This document shows positions 1 to 9,867 of a stretch of 64,000 nucleotides of DNA, in pieces. The stretch is from a virus. Taxonomy: Duplodnaviria; Caudoviricetes. Within the stretch, counting starts at the first letter, position 1. Each line of letters starts with the position of its first letter. The notes beneath the pieces were generated by a model. That model saw only the letters and a program-made list of their open reading frames with translations. It was not told where the DNA came from and searched no databases. Position numbers and translations under genes: made by a program. Location: positions 2,344-66,343 of the IMG/VR virus record IMGVR_UViG_2929042913_000010. The stretch is one strand, 5' to 3'.

Positions 1-220
1 GAATTTTTGCATCAGTAAAATTAATAACGCCAGTTACACGTAATTCTTTTGGCTTGATACCTTGTTCTGCGACTGCAGTACTGGATGTTTGACCTGATTG
101 GTCTTTATCTTGGAATTGTACCGACGGGTTAACTTTGATGTTCTTCAGCGGAATAGCTTCACCATCAAGGGCGAAGGTTATTGTCGGATTTTGGGCTGTC
201 GATTGGTTTTGTTGGATCAT
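1..220 (-). CDS. Baseplate/tail protein, truncated by window edge (homolog of 30858..31424)
   Basis: Sequence aligns with prophage 2 at +31204; ATG at 220 (MIQQNQS...). Confidence 0.8.
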   Translation of the reverse strand, partial: MIQQNQSTAQNPTITFALDGEAIPLKNIKVNPSVQFQDKDQSGQTSSTAVAEQGIKPKELRVTGVINFTDAKI

Positions 221-941
221 GAAGCATTCCTTTGAGCGCTGAAAGTTCGCTTCCTGCGAACAGTGTTGCTAATGTTAAAACCGCGTCAGGTTCAGGGATA
301 TCTTTCTGTAGCTGTTCCGCTAAATAATCGCCTGTTCCTTTGCCTGTAAAACTCCAAATAATGACTGATTTACCCAGTAGGCCTGTTAGTTTGTCGTTAA
401 TGTCTTTTAATGCACTTTCTCGACTAACTTTGAAGCTAGACATTGCGGATTTCATTGCATCGATACCGCTTGCACTGCCTGCGCTGTTTTTTGCTTGTTC
501 TATCAACTGAGCGTTAATAGTGTCACGGCTGTTTGATGTTGATAGAGCCTGTGGGTTGGGTAAACCGCCTAGTTGTTTGCCCGGTAACTGCATTTTTGTT
601 ATCTGCAGTGATTCCGCTGTTTTTGCCATGCGTTCCACTTGCGAGAAAACAGGCAATGGGAACACGGTCGAAAATTGCTGCAGTAATCCCATAAATTCCG
701 TTTGCGTTTTTGCACAGACCATCATGACCGTAATTTCTGTTTCTGCAGTACCCGCCAATTTTTTTGCAATATGCTTGATTGCGTTGGTTGGGCTTAAATA
801 GCTGCCTGTATCGGTTTGTTGCCCAAGCCCGTAAACAAACGGATGGGCTGGTACCATCGAACAGGTTAGCCCCGACATGGTCGGGGATAGTTTCATCAAT
901 GACTTATGCCACTTTGGGTGGATTACGGTTTCGCTGGCCAT
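165..941 (-). CDS. Conserved HP1-type tail/baseplate-region protein
   Basis: 258-aa ORF downstream of the tail fibre chaperone; near-identical paralog at 31369..32145; start uncertain. Confidence 0.7.
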   Translation of the reverse strand: MASETVIHPKWHKSLMKLSPTMSGLTCSMVPAHPFVYGLGQQTDTGSYLSPTNAIKHIAKKLAGTAETEITVMMVCAKTQTEFMGLLQQFSTVFPLPVFSQVERMAKTAESLQITKMQLPGKQLGGLPNPQALSTSNSRDTINAQLIEQAKNSAGSASGIDAMKSAMSSFKVSRESALKDINDKLTGLLGKSVIIWSFTGKGTGDYLAEQLQKDIPEPDAVLTLATLFAGSELSALKGMLHDPTKPIDSPKSDNNLRP

Positions 942-1540
942 TCGATATCCGGTGCGGTTGATGTATCGACACGATTAATGTAAACGCGGTATGTCTTCCA
1001 TGCTTTCAATTTTGCTTCGTAATCGTCATCATCTAGACCCACTTCAATTGCATCTTGCAGATAAGTAATCATACTGTTCGCTTCTGCTAAACGCTGTGAT
1101 TTTTCACTTTCTGCAGTAGCTACAGCCGCGGCTTTTTGGGTGTCAGTATCAGTCACCCACTTTTTACCGTCCCACTTATCAAATTCTGTTGGCGGCTCTA
1201 GCAATGTCAGCGTACCCGGTAATTCGCCAATAAAATCAATCTCTGTTGGCTGACGATTTTCAGTGTTGTAAGCTGTCTTACCGCGATTATCCGTGACGAT
1301 TTCCCATTTCTTTTCGTCTTTGCTGCGAATAACTGCAAAGCCCGCTTTTGTTGGTAGTTCAGGTGCATCAATATAAGCACCAGCGGATATACTCACATCA
1401 AAATAAATATTTTCCATACTTGCATTGATATATTCACGTGTTGCAGGGTCTGCGATATACGTTTTAATCCAGCCTGCTTTTTCTGCGAGTCCATTTTCTC
1501 CGATTACTGCTTGTTCAATTTCTAAATTATATTTGTTCAT
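923..1540 (-). CDS. Tail fibre assembly chaperone (Tfa-like)
   Basis: PPTEFDKWDGKKW and C-terminal WKTYRVYINRVDTSTAPDIEWP motifs; follows the tail fibre gene. Confidence 0.9.
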   Translation of the reverse strand: MNKYNLEIEQAVIGENGLAEKAGWIKTYIADPATREYINASMENIYFDVSISAGAYIDAPELPTKAGFAVIRSKDEKKWEIVTDNRGKTAYNTENRQPTEIDFIGELPGTLTLLEPPTEFDKWDGKKWVTDTDTQKAAAVATAESEKSQRLAEANSMITYLQDAIEVGLDDDDYEAKLKAWKTYRVYINRVDTSTAPDIEWPAKP

Positions 1541-3543
1541 TATGCTGCTCTCACGATATATAAAAATGCGATATTGCGCGGACGGCTTTCTTTCCCGCCT
1601 GATTTTTTTGTTGTGTATGTTGCGTTGCTGACATTAATAGCTAATGTTCTGAGAGCGTATTGTTCTGAACTGCCTGAGCCATTCGCATTTTTTAATATCA
1701 TGTTATGGTCATGCTCTTGGTTTTCATCACTTTGCTCTGATAACACAGCTCGTCCATTATCTATATTACGGCCAGCATCAAGTCCGCGAATAAACTCCCC
1801 CCGAAGGTCTGGTAATACTCCTGATGGATATGCGAGCGCTAAAAGTGGATAAGTTGTTTTATTAAATGTCTGACCGTTACAAATTAAATAACCCGTAGGT
1901 GGTGTTGATTGAGGCCAAGGCAGAGGACAGCCAACTCTGCAATCACTAAGATGGTCAGCCGCGCCCGATGCCTTTAAGTTTCCGTTGCGGTCTACAGTAG
2001 TGTTAGCTGTTGAGTAAATTTCCTTCCATTGTGTCGTCAGATCCATACCGTCAATGTTGGAAAATCTGTAATACAATATTTCAGGAGTTCGTGACATGAA
2101 AATTTGAGCTCGGCGGCTTGGAGTATAGCTAACTTGAATGCCTCCGCCCGCCCCCGGATACCCCTGACTTGTTGCTACTAGTGTACTACCGTACTGGATA
2201 AAGCGACTTTCATTTCGCTCTCCCACCCCCTTTTCTTCGTAAGAGGCTTTGCCAATGCCAAAATCACCAACTAGCATCGTTGTACCGGTGGCTCTCGGAA
2301 ATAAAATACTTTGTACAACATTTCCGTTTGTATCGCGCTGATATAATTCAGCTATCGCAGCTTGACTATTAGGTTTGGCTTCAAGAAAAACGGTTGAACC
2401 TTCATCTTTTTTCAGTCGGATGACAGGGTAGTTAAGTCCTTTTTTGTACACCGTTAACGTCTCTACGTCTCCCGTTACTTTGTCGACCTTCTCATTCAGC
2501 CCATTTTTCAGCGCTTCACTTGTTGCATAATTTCCAGCAGGTTGATAATTACCAACGGGTTGTTTTTTGCCTAATTCACTTGTGAGTAACTGTTGACTAA
2601 CAACAAGCTCGGTACTATTTCCCATTTGATGAGTGATATTCGCTTTATCAATTTTCTTGCTTAAATCTAATTTAAAACGTGTTTCAAGTGCTGCGAGTTC
2701 CTGATCACTCAATGCTCCCATAGACCGCAAATCTTTCACATTGCCTGATGCGTCAACATTCGCAATCGCAAACACTTGGTGTGTAAATCCAGCTGCATCA
2801 ACATAATTATTGAGAGTTGCCGCGGCGGTGATTTTAATCACTGTGTGCCACTGACTGACAATATTGCCTTGATAGCTGAAATCTGCATATACTTTGGTAT
2901 TACGAAGATTATTTAAAATCTGATTTTGTAACAGTTCACCGCGCAAGCCGCCCACATAACCCAACCCTTTTTTAACTGTGAATTGCTCACCACTGCGCGT
3001 GACTTCAAAACTTTCTTCAAAAAACGCTGCAACTCCGTAGCTGTCAACATTGATAAGGCGCTGCATTTCATCAATGCCTGTTAATCGGGCAGTAAAATCA
3101 ATTTGCCACGTTTCCGCGCTTGTCTTAATTTGAGTTTCTTCGGCGGCTCCGTTGAACTCAAGCAAAAACGAACGGATTAATACATTGCCTTGTTGCCCAT
3201 TTTGGGTCTTTAGCTTTTTTTGACTTGGGGCATGGGTGATCATCGCAACGGTACCGGATTCTTTATTCAGTAATCCAATCCAGTTAAAATCAAAATCGCC
3301 CACCTCAGCGCCTAATGTGACGCTATAGGCAACCGCATTTTCACTGGCTAAACCGGATTTATTCACGAGTTGACGGTAAACAATCTGGTTCGCAGGCGGG
3401 AGTTTTTCGTTGCGGTCAATCGGTTTTGTTGGGTCTAGGTTCGGCACATTTGCGAACACAAACTCATTGAGCAAAACGGGTTTACCGCTTGCGGCTTCTT
3501 GGGCTTTCCATCCCTCAAAAGCTATCGTAATTACTGATGCCAT
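1540..3543 (-). CDS. Tail fibre protein
   Basis: N-terminal tail-collar-fibre domain (GDFDFNWIGL); C-terminal collar domain (GCPLPWP...LPDLRGEFIRG...RPRNIAFLYIVRAA). Confidence 0.92.
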   Translation of the reverse strand: MASVITIAFEGWKAQEAASGKPVLLNEFVFANVPNLDPTKPIDRNEKLPPANQIVYRQLVNKSGLASENAVAYSVTLGAEVGDFDFNWIGLLNKESGTVAMITHAPSQKKLKTQNGQQGNVLIRSFLLEFNGAAEETQIKTSAETWQIDFTARLTGIDEMQRLINVDSYGVAAFFEESFEVTRSGEQFTVKKGLGYVGGLRGELLQNQILNNLRNTKVYADFSYQGNIVSQWHTVIKITAAATLNNYVDAAGFTHQVFAIANVDASGNVKDLRSMGALSDQELAALETRFKLDLSKKIDKANITHQMGNSTELVVSQQLLTSELGKKQPVGNYQPAGNYATSEALKNGLNEKVDKVTGDVETLTVYKKGLNYPVIRLKKDEGSTVFLEAKPNSQAAIAELYQRDTNGNVVQSILFPRATGTTMLVGDFGIGKASYEEKGVGERNESRFIQYGSTLVATSQGYPGAGGGIQVSYTPSRRAQIFMSRTPEILYYRFSNIDGMDLTTQWKEIYSTANTTVDRNGNLKASGAADHLSDCRVGCPLPWPQSTPPTGYLICNGQTFNKTTYPLLALAYPSGVLPDLRGEFIRGLDAGRNIDNGRAVLSEQSDENQEHDHNMILKNANGSGSSEQYALRTLAINVSNATYTTKKSGGKESRPRNIAFLYIVRAA

Positions 3544-3556
3544 ATAATGCAGTCCT

Positions 3557-4186
3557 TTACATTAATGATGCGCCAAACACTTGACTTGACGCTGAAATTT
3601 GTCCAATTCGAATAAACATCGGTTGATTGGGTAAGGTGGCGTAATAGCAAACATAATCCGCTTCCACAAAACCGACGCGCATACCGAGCTGATGCACCGC
3701 CATAACTTCAAAACGATAGCGTCTGCAGGTGCGTCCATATTGACGGATAATGTTAAGCAACAAGTCAGGGTTATTAGCAATTTGACCGTCGCTAACCCGT
3801 AAAATAATGACGTCCCAATCAATATCCGGTTGCCGCTCGTTAATTTCGACATAACCGACGCCAAGGCGTTTAAATATATCGATAAACCCTGAGACGCTGC
3901 CGGAGTCTTTGGCATTGATAAACGCATATTTCACACGCTTACGGTATAAATCCAACGGCTCATTATTAAAGCGTTGGATATCTCGCTGATATGCCAACAA
4001 GTTTAATAATGGCTCAGTGCAGGTATCAGGGTCTAATTGCGCCAAAGGCCACGTTAGCCAACCGTAAATCATTTCCCAAAATCGTTTGGTTGCCCGTAAC
4101 AATGTTGCAGGCTCGTCTAAGTTCATCCAAGACGGCAAAGCCAAACGCTTTAATCGTTGTTTAAACTCGGGCATTTTGCACCTCAA
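3557..4186 (-). CDS. Tail protein, P2 gpI-like (likely start 4174)
   Basis: LDPDTC..LLNLLAYQRDI motif; lies between baseplate J and the tail fibre. Confidence 0.85.
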   Translation of the reverse strand: MRCKMPEFKQRLKRLALPSWMNLDEPATLLRATKRFWEMIYGWLTWPLAQLDPDTCTEPLLNLLAYQRDIQRFNNEPLDLYRKRVKYAFINAKDSGSVSGFIDIFKRLGVGYVEINERQPDIDWDVIILRVSDGQIANNPDLLLNIIRQYGRTCRRYRFEVMAVHQLGMRVGFVEADYVCYYATLPNQPMFIRIGQISASSQVFGASLM

Positions 4187-5351
4187 CGGTGAGTGACTTT
4201 AGGCGTGGCACGCTTAAATCACTGACAATGTCGGGAATGCTAAACACAATCGAATCCAAGACAGAAAACTGTTTATGTAATTCGCGCCCAAGATTTGAGA
4301 ATGAAAAACGTGAATATGGCCATGTTTTTTTAACATCATAATTGGCGTTCTCACGAAAGGCACAGCGCACTAAATCACCTGTATCTTGCTTTAATTTTTG
4401 CAATTCTTCGGCGGTGAAGTTTTCCACACTCGGCACAAATAAGGTCATTTTTAAAGTATGTTGCGTTTCTGGCATCGGAAAACACCGCATATCATCGCCA
4501 TGTCCGTGATGCCCTTGGGCATTGATATAATCATTCACTTTGTCAATAAATGGCTGACTTGTGACGCCACTATCAAGCAATAAATACGCATTTGCGGTTC
4601 CGGCTCCGCGCGGTGCATCATGCAAAAAGAAAATACGGTCAATGCTCAATCCAACGACATTGGCAATCATTCCTCTGTAAACTGCATCAGTATGATATTG
4701 ACCGACTAAATTATATTGATTGCGGCAACGGTCACGTAAATCATTGTCGCTTTCAGCATCCGCACCCGGTACTAATAACCAGTTTCCCTCATTCTGAACA
4801 CGGTCAATCCCTGCGATAGCAACGGGCAAAATACGGAAATAGCCTGGCGCAAGGTTGTAAGCCCCTCCGGCATTTTCAGCGATAACCGGCACTAATGCGC
4901 TATCGGTATTTATCGCTTTGGTTTCCGCTGTTTTGACAGTGTAAACAATGCCGTTAATACGTTCAGTTTGTACAATGGTTCCCACTGGAATTGTGACAGT
5001 TCCGGCACCTGCTGCACGATAAAAGCGAATCGCCCCTTTTGCTGCTGTGGCAGGCTTGCGCGTTAAATTGACGCCCCAAGCGAACATATCTAGCCAGTTA
5101 CCGGATGCGGTGGCTAAATACATATTTTTCAAGGTGACATTGATTAAGGCATCGGTGAGCCAACGAACGGGTTTTGTCACAATGGTATTAATCAAACGCC
5201 AGAACGGCGACATATCCGAAGTGTTGGTAATTAACCCCTCGTCATGGACAATTTCCGCAAATTTATCGCTAATTTCATCCTCTGATATGGGCATGCCGCT
5301 ATCGCGTAAAAATTGTTCATAATCGATTTGGGGGATATTTTTACTGTTCAT
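4161..5351 (-). CDS. Baseplate J/gp47 family protein
   Basis: TASGNWLD, GADAESDNDLRDR and PRGAGT motifs. Confidence 0.9.
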   Translation of the reverse strand: MNSKNIPQIDYEQFLRDSGMPISEDEISDKFAEIVHDEGLITNTSDMSPFWRLINTIVTKPVRWLTDALINVTLKNMYLATASGNWLDMFAWGVNLTRKPATAAKGAIRFYRAAGAGTVTIPVGTIVQTERINGIVYTVKTAETKAINTDSALVPVIAENAGGAYNLAPGYFRILPVAIAGIDRVQNEGNWLLVPGADAESDNDLRDRCRNQYNLVGQYHTDAVYRGMIANVVGLSIDRIFFLHDAPRGAGTANAYLLLDSGVTSQPFIDKVNDYINAQGHHGHGDDMRCFPMPETQHTLKMTLFVPSVENFTAEELQKLKQDTGDLVRCAFRENANYDVKKTWPYSRFSFSNLGRELHKQFSVLDSIVFSIPDIVSDLSVPRLKSLTVEVQNARV

Positions 5352-5682
5352 AATTCACCCCCAAATTGATACGCCCAAAGTCGTAAGTATCTGCTGTCAC
5401 CCAAAGTCGTTTTGTATTTTCTTCATCGATCACAATTGTGCCCGGCACTAACCGTTCATCACTTTCAACTAAGATTTCCATTTGAGTACGAATGTCAGCA
5501 CGAAGAGTGGGACTGCGCTCAGCGACTAATTGAGTCGCAAGTCCACTTTCAATAATGCGATGTGCCACATCTTGGGTGATTGATTGGCGGTTATTGCAAA
5601 GCTCCGGCTCATTGCCGGAGTTAAGCGTAAAGTTTCGGTTAGTAATTAATAAATCAAAATAGAGTAAATTATCCATTTTCAA
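5341..5682 (-). CDS. DUF2590-like baseplate wedge protein
   Basis: SITQDVAHRIIESGL...DERLVPGT; position between tape measure and J. Confidence 0.75.
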   Translation of the reverse strand: MKMDNLLYFDLLITNRNFTLNSGNEPELCNNRQSITQDVAHRIIESGLATQLVAERSPTLRADIRTQMEILVESDERLVPGTIVIDEENTKRLWVTADTYDFGRINLGVNYEQ

Positions 5683-7768
5683 GCGCAGTCCATTCCGCTA
5701 AATTTTGTGGTGACATTCCATTTGTCACTTGAATGGTTACGTTATCAAATCGCTTGCTGTTATCAACGCTTTGAGTTCGGTTATTGCTGATTTGCCGACT
5801 AATGCCGCCTTTCTCTACACCACTAAGTTGCCCACCGACCAATAAACCTGCAGCACTTGCAGCTGCTGGGGATCCGTCAATGGTTCCGGTAGCCTTGGTT
5901 TCAATATTGACGCCGGGTAAATAATTTAACTTTTCAACGATGCTGTTCCAGACGCCTGTAAACATATCTGTGATAGATTGCCAAACATTCGAAAAAATGT
6001 TTTTAATCGTATTTCCCATCGCTTCAAATGTTTTATCGATTGAGAAATCGCCGAAGAAATTAACAACATTATCCCAGCCCTCCGTGATAGCTTGCCACGT
6101 TTGTGTAAATGCAATTTTAGTTCCTTCAATCATGAACATAATGGCTTTGAATGCCCATGTGTCAGAAAAATAGGCTGTAAATTCTTGCCACTTTTGTGAC
6201 ATCCATTCCCATGCCTGCATTGCAACAAGACCCACGGCACGTACAGCAATAGAAACAACTTTAAATGCAGTGGTGTCCATAATCGCGGCTTTGATATCAT
6301 CCCAATGCTGAATGAGCTTATAGATGCCGTAAGCCAGTAAAGCGATAGCACCAATAATGAATAAGATAGGCCAGCTCATAAATGAGAAACTGACACCTGC
6401 AGCCATAGCCGCAATACGCACCGCAAGTAACGTTCCGCGAATAAATTTTAACGCCACATTCCACGCAAGAATGGCAGTTCGATAAAGCCAGATTGCTGCA
6501 GTGCTGATTTTTAAGATGCCCGTGAAAACGCTCATGATGATTTTTAAGCCCATCAATATAAATTTAGATATTCCCATCACGATATTAGCTGCAGCACCCG
6601 CCGCGGCGAATCCAAGAATGCCCATCGTGATATAGCCGACCCAACGGGCGATATTCGGGAATAACGTCAACCATCTAACCAGCGTTTGACCACCTTCAGC
6701 CATTTTGTCGATTAAGGGAGTGATCACAGGTAATAAAGTCATACCGACAGCAATGCGGATAGATTGCCAGATAGACATTAACCGTTCCCACGGATTTGCC
6801 AATTTTGCAGCTTGCTCGGTGGTGCGCTTCATCCCATCACTCGCACCTAAGAAACCGATATTTTTACGCAAAATATCGACATTGCCGTAAAGCTGTTTAA
6901 CTACGACAGCTGAATCACCGAAAGCGGCTTCAATTTCTTTTTGGGCTTTTAAGTTGCCCTCAATACTGGATCCGTATTTCGTTTGGAGTTTATCCAACAT
7001 TTCAGGCATAGACAGCATTTGACCGAATGCATTAACGAATGATAGGCCTAGCTTTTTACCACTATCGGTTGCAGTTTTGAGGAATGCTTCATAAGCCCCT
7101 GACGATTCACCGCCAAGCGTTCTTTGTAACTCCCCCAATACCGCTAATTGCTCGTCAATGCCCACGCCAAATTGGGTACCTGCATTTTTTGCGCCTTCCA
7201 TCAAAGAGGTGACTTCTGACATCGATACACCAAAGGCTTTGGACATATAAACCGCTTTGCCCGCTAATTCTTCAGCAAACTGCACTTGTCCGACTTGATT
7301 AGCATGGCGCTCAAACTGATTGAACATTTGCCCCATGTACTGCGTAGCTTCCTCTGGAGTACTTTTTAGGGCTGCAGCGGTTGTATTTGTTATGCGTGTT
7401 AATTGGGGTAAATCTTGCTGAGTTACATTATTAATTGCTCGACTGATCGCCGTTGTGGACTTCACAAAATCAATAGAGGATTTGCCGTATTGTGCAGCAA
7501 ATTTAAGGGCATCTTTGGAAATTGTATCCATGACACCATCGTCAATACCTTGCAATGATGCGGTCATCATGGCGTCATTCATTTCGATGGCTGGATCAAG
7601 AATATTTTTGATAGACCAAAAAGCCCCCGCAAGACCAGCCCCGCCAATCGCGATTTTTCCAAATGCGACTTGGCTATCTCGAGCAAAGCCCGAAACAGCC
7701 GATTGAACTTGTTTGATGGGTTTTGTGATGTTGTCGATAAGACTGAGTGTGAAATCTAGTTCGCTCAT
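5669..7768 (-). CDS. Tail tape measure protein
   Basis: 699 aa, Ala/Gly-rich and helical, with hydrophobic stretches and Trp/Phe periodicity; follows the tail assembly chaperone. Confidence 0.92.
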   Translation of the reverse strand: MSELDFTLSLIDNITKPIKQVQSAVSGFARDSQVAFGKIAIGGAGLAGAFWSIKNILDPAIEMNDAMMTASLQGIDDGVMDTISKDALKFAAQYGKSSIDFVKSTTAISRAINNVTQQDLPQLTRITNTTAAALKSTPEEATQYMGQMFNQFERHANQVGQVQFAEELAGKAVYMSKAFGVSMSEVTSLMEGAKNAGTQFGVGIDEQLAVLGELQRTLGGESSGAYEAFLKTATDSGKKLGLSFVNAFGQMLSMPEMLDKLQTKYGSSIEGNLKAQKEIEAAFGDSAVVVKQLYGNVDILRKNIGFLGASDGMKRTTEQAAKLANPWERLMSIWQSIRIAVGMTLLPVITPLIDKMAEGGQTLVRWLTLFPNIARWVGYITMGILGFAAAGAAANIVMGISKFILMGLKIIMSVFTGILKISTAAIWLYRTAILAWNVALKFIRGTLLAVRIAAMAAGVSFSFMSWPILFIIGAIALLAYGIYKLIQHWDDIKAAIMDTTAFKVVSIAVRAVGLVAMQAWEWMSQKWQEFTAYFSDTWAFKAIMFMIEGTKIAFTQTWQAITEGWDNVVNFFGDFSIDKTFEAMGNTIKNIFSNVWQSITDMFTGVWNSIVEKLNYLPGVNIETKATGTIDGSPAAASAAGLLVGGQLSGVEKGGISRQISNNRTQSVDNSKRFDNVTIQVTNGMSPQNLAEWTALENG

Positions 7769-7965
7769 GAGTCACCCTTGAACGCTAGTGCAATTCCATT
7801 TGCGATAGATATCCGCATATTTTCTGAGTAGCGGTTATCTAACCAGATTGCAGCGGCAATATTTTCTTCCGTGTCAGGCTCATGGGGTAAATACCGCTGT
7901 CGCAAGATTAAAAATTGCTGCAGCGGATTATTTTCAATAGCGGTGACACGGTTGGTTAGTTTTTT
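7765..7965 (-). CDS. -1 frameshift extension of the tail assembly chaperone (GT-like)
   Basis: A-AAA-AAC at 7965..7959 just before the stop; the -1 frame is open (KLTNRVTAIENNPLQQFLILRQRYLPHEPD...ALAFKGDS*) and ends on TGA overlapping the tape measure ATG. Confidence 0.8.
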   Translation of the reverse strand, partial: KKLTNRVTAIENNPLQQFLILRQRYLPHEPDTEENIAAAIWLDNRYSENMRISIANGIALAFKGDS

Positions 7966-8219
7966 ACGCTAATTTCCAATTTTGGCGCGTATTCTTTATT
8001 CACCAATTCAACAATTTGCATTGCTGCACTTGGAATCACTAATAGCTCGTCTAAAAATGCTTTGCTATCAGCACAAACAATACGCTTCAAATAAGACGTA
8101 ATAGGGGCAACTTTATTATCCATCGACATATCATTAATCATGCCGTTGTAAGCCGTTAAGTTTGGCTCAAAACTAATGTCTTTTTCGCCGATTGTTAAAG
8201 TAATAATTTGTTTAGTCAT
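7956..8219 (-). CDS. Tail assembly chaperone
   Basis: 87 aa upstream of tape measure, ending in a slippery site. Confidence 0.8.
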   Translation of the reverse strand: MTKQIITLTIGEKDISFEPNLTAYNGMINDMSMDNKVAPITSYLKRIVCADSKAFLDELLVIPSAAMQIVELVNKEYAPKLEISVKN

Positions 8220-8565
8220 GAGATAGTTCCTTTCTCTGTCTGATTTCGTCCGTTAATTGGTTGTGCCGTGCGGCACATTGACCATATAAAATTGCTAAAT
8301 CTGTTAATGCTATCGATAAATCACGGCCTGTCTTTCCCGTCAGTTTTGGGATTTGCGTCGAGCATTTTTTTAACAGGTTTTCCTGATAATTCACTGTTAA
8401 TCTTTTCGACTGTTTCGTTGTACATGCTGACAAACTCATTACTAACACAAACGTTAGTAAACACAGGCTTAATAATTTCAGTGCGTATTTCTCTGGGGGC
8501 TGCATTGGCGATCCCCTCCAATTTTTCCTCAAGCACTTGGCCTGATTGGCTCGATATTTCTTCAA
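8212..8565 (-). CDS. o-spanin (Rz1-like lipoprotein); likely start ~8505
   Basis: Hydrophobic signal with lipobox LSAC; overlaps the i-spanin in another frame; YGQCAARHNQL. Confidence 0.8.
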   Translation of the reverse strand: MKKYRANQAKCLRKNWRGSPMQPPEKYALKLLSLCLLTFVLVMSLSACTTKQSKRLTVNYQENLLKKCSTQIPKLTGKTGRDLSIALTDLAILYGQCAARHNQLTDEIRQRKELSHD

Positions 8566-8698
8566 GGTTAATACGGGTTTTATCTGCCACTTTTTGAGCC
8601 GTTAGCTCTAAGCTGTCGTGATAAAGCCCGTTGACTCGCCAACCTGCGCCAAATGCACAGAGCAATAACACAAGTATTAGCGCAAGTTGCTTTGTCAT
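8321..8698 (-). CDS. i-spanin (Rz-like)
   Basis: N-terminal TM (FGAGWRV), helical body and C-terminal Cys; follows the endolysin. Confidence 0.8.
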   Translation of the reverse strand: MTKQLALILVLLLCAFGAGWRVNGLYHDSLELTAQKVADKTRINLEEISSQSGQVLEEKLEGIANAAPREIRTEIIKPVFTNVCVSNEFVSMYNETVEKINSELSGKPVKKMLDANPKTDGKDRP

Positions 8699-9105
8699 AT
8701 TAGTGCGTACCCTTTTTCGAATTCAGCAACGCCCCAAGGTTGTTGGCCTGCATTTTCAACACGAGTAATCGCATCGGCTAACGCAAATAACACCTCTTTT
8801 TGCATCACTGACAAGCAATCATCAGGGCTAACATTCAACTCTTTAGCAACTCGCTGAATATAGCCCTTAGTGTTATTTTCCACTGGCGGCGCATAGCGGT
8901 TGATAATTTGGCGAATAGAGCACAAACCGTATTTACGTTCATAAGTACGGATTAAAATAAATAACGCCCGATAGCCCCATTCTGGCGCAATGAATCGACA
9001 AAATGATTTATCTGTTTGCTCAGGGTGTAAACCTCGCCATTTATCACCGTGGCGGATATTACCGGGGTTATTGTTACGAATGCCTCTTGGTGGTAATTTG
9101 CTCAT
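8695..9105 (-). CDS. Putative endolysin, lysozyme-like RNNNPGNI family
   Basis: RGIRNNNPGNI...RYAPPVENNT motifs; between holin and spanins. Confidence 0.8.
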   Translation of the reverse strand: MSKLPPRGIRNNNPGNIRHGDKWRGLHPEQTDKSFCRFIAPEWGYRALFILIRTYERKYGLCSIRQIINRYAPPVENNTKGYIQRVAKELNVSPDDCLSVMQKEVLFALADAITRVENAGQQPWGVAEFEKGYALI

Positions 9106-9395
9106 TGCTTAAATTTCCCTTTTAACAGTGCGCTTCCACGTTTTTTAAGCCACATTTCAACAGCTTGATATCCTGCAATACCTAGCGCTGATGCAAATCC
9201 CGTGAGTGCAATCGGTGAAAGATCGGGGATCCAAATTAAAATTGCTCCAGCTGCGACCGAAGTAGCCGACCCTAAAATCACACGACCAATAAATAACTTA
9301 ATCGTGACAGGCTCAGCCCCTGTTAACATCTTCCCAATACCAATTAACGCGCCCATCACAGCAATCGTTAAGAGTGTTTTTTCGTGTTCTTCCAT
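9102..9395 (-). CDS. Holin
   Basis: Three hydrophobic segments and a basic C-terminus; first gene of the lysis cassette; ATG at 9395. Confidence 0.85.
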   Translation of the reverse strand: MEEHEKTLLTIAVMGALIGIGKMLTGAEPVTIKLFIGRVILGSATSVAAGAILIWIPDLSPIALTGFASALGIAGYQAVEMWLKKRGSALLKGKFKQ

Positions 9396-9411
9396 GAACA
9401 AATTGTCCTTA

Positions 9412-9867
9412 TTATCCGATAAGGGTTTGAGTTAATTCAGATTCCAAATAAGGAATGCCTTTAACGCGCACAAAATCAGGACTGGTGACCAGATATTTAA
9501 TTTTGTGAGTTGTTACTGCGCCGCCTTTAGGGTCAACGTCTAAAATGTCACTGAGAATCAATTTATTACCGAATGATTCGACTTTCATTTCTTCATTGCC
9601 TGCCTTCGCGTACCACAGGAAATCCATTGGCTTAATGCCGCGCCATGAGCCAGCCACCCGAGCTTTTGCGACGATAATTTCAAAATATTTAGTACTAATT
9701 TCGATTTCACCCTCTGCGCTTACATCGCCCGCAACAAAACCATCAGGCATACCGCGCGTTTGCGCCGCTGCAGTGTTATCTGTAATAGACAAACTCACCT
9801 TTTCGACGTGAATTAAGTCACCGTCGATATTGAAGTCAAAACTTTGACCCGATAAACGTTGGCTCAT
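9412..9867 (-). CDS. Tail tube protein (DUF2597-like)
   Basis: 151 aa directly downstream of the sheath; RLSGQSFD..., HKIKYLVTSPDFV. Confidence 0.85.
   Translation of the reverse strand: MSQRLSGQSFDFNIDGDLIHVEKVSLSITDNTAAAQTRGMPDGFVAGDVSAEGEIEISTKYFEIIVAKARVAGSWRGIKPMDFLWYAKAGNEEMKVESFGNKLILSDILDVDPKGGAVTTHKIKYLVTSPDFVRVKGIPYLESELTQTLIG

Noticed and set aside
923-3543. Tail fibre inversion system or diversity-generating retroelement
   Set aside because: No invertase, inverted fibre cassette or reverse transcriptase is present. The second fibre copy is simply the other prophage's gene.
9395-9401. Holin dual-start motif (M-F-M)
   Set aside because: The first codon is TTG and there is no basic residue between the two starts; the ATG at 9395 is the simpler start.
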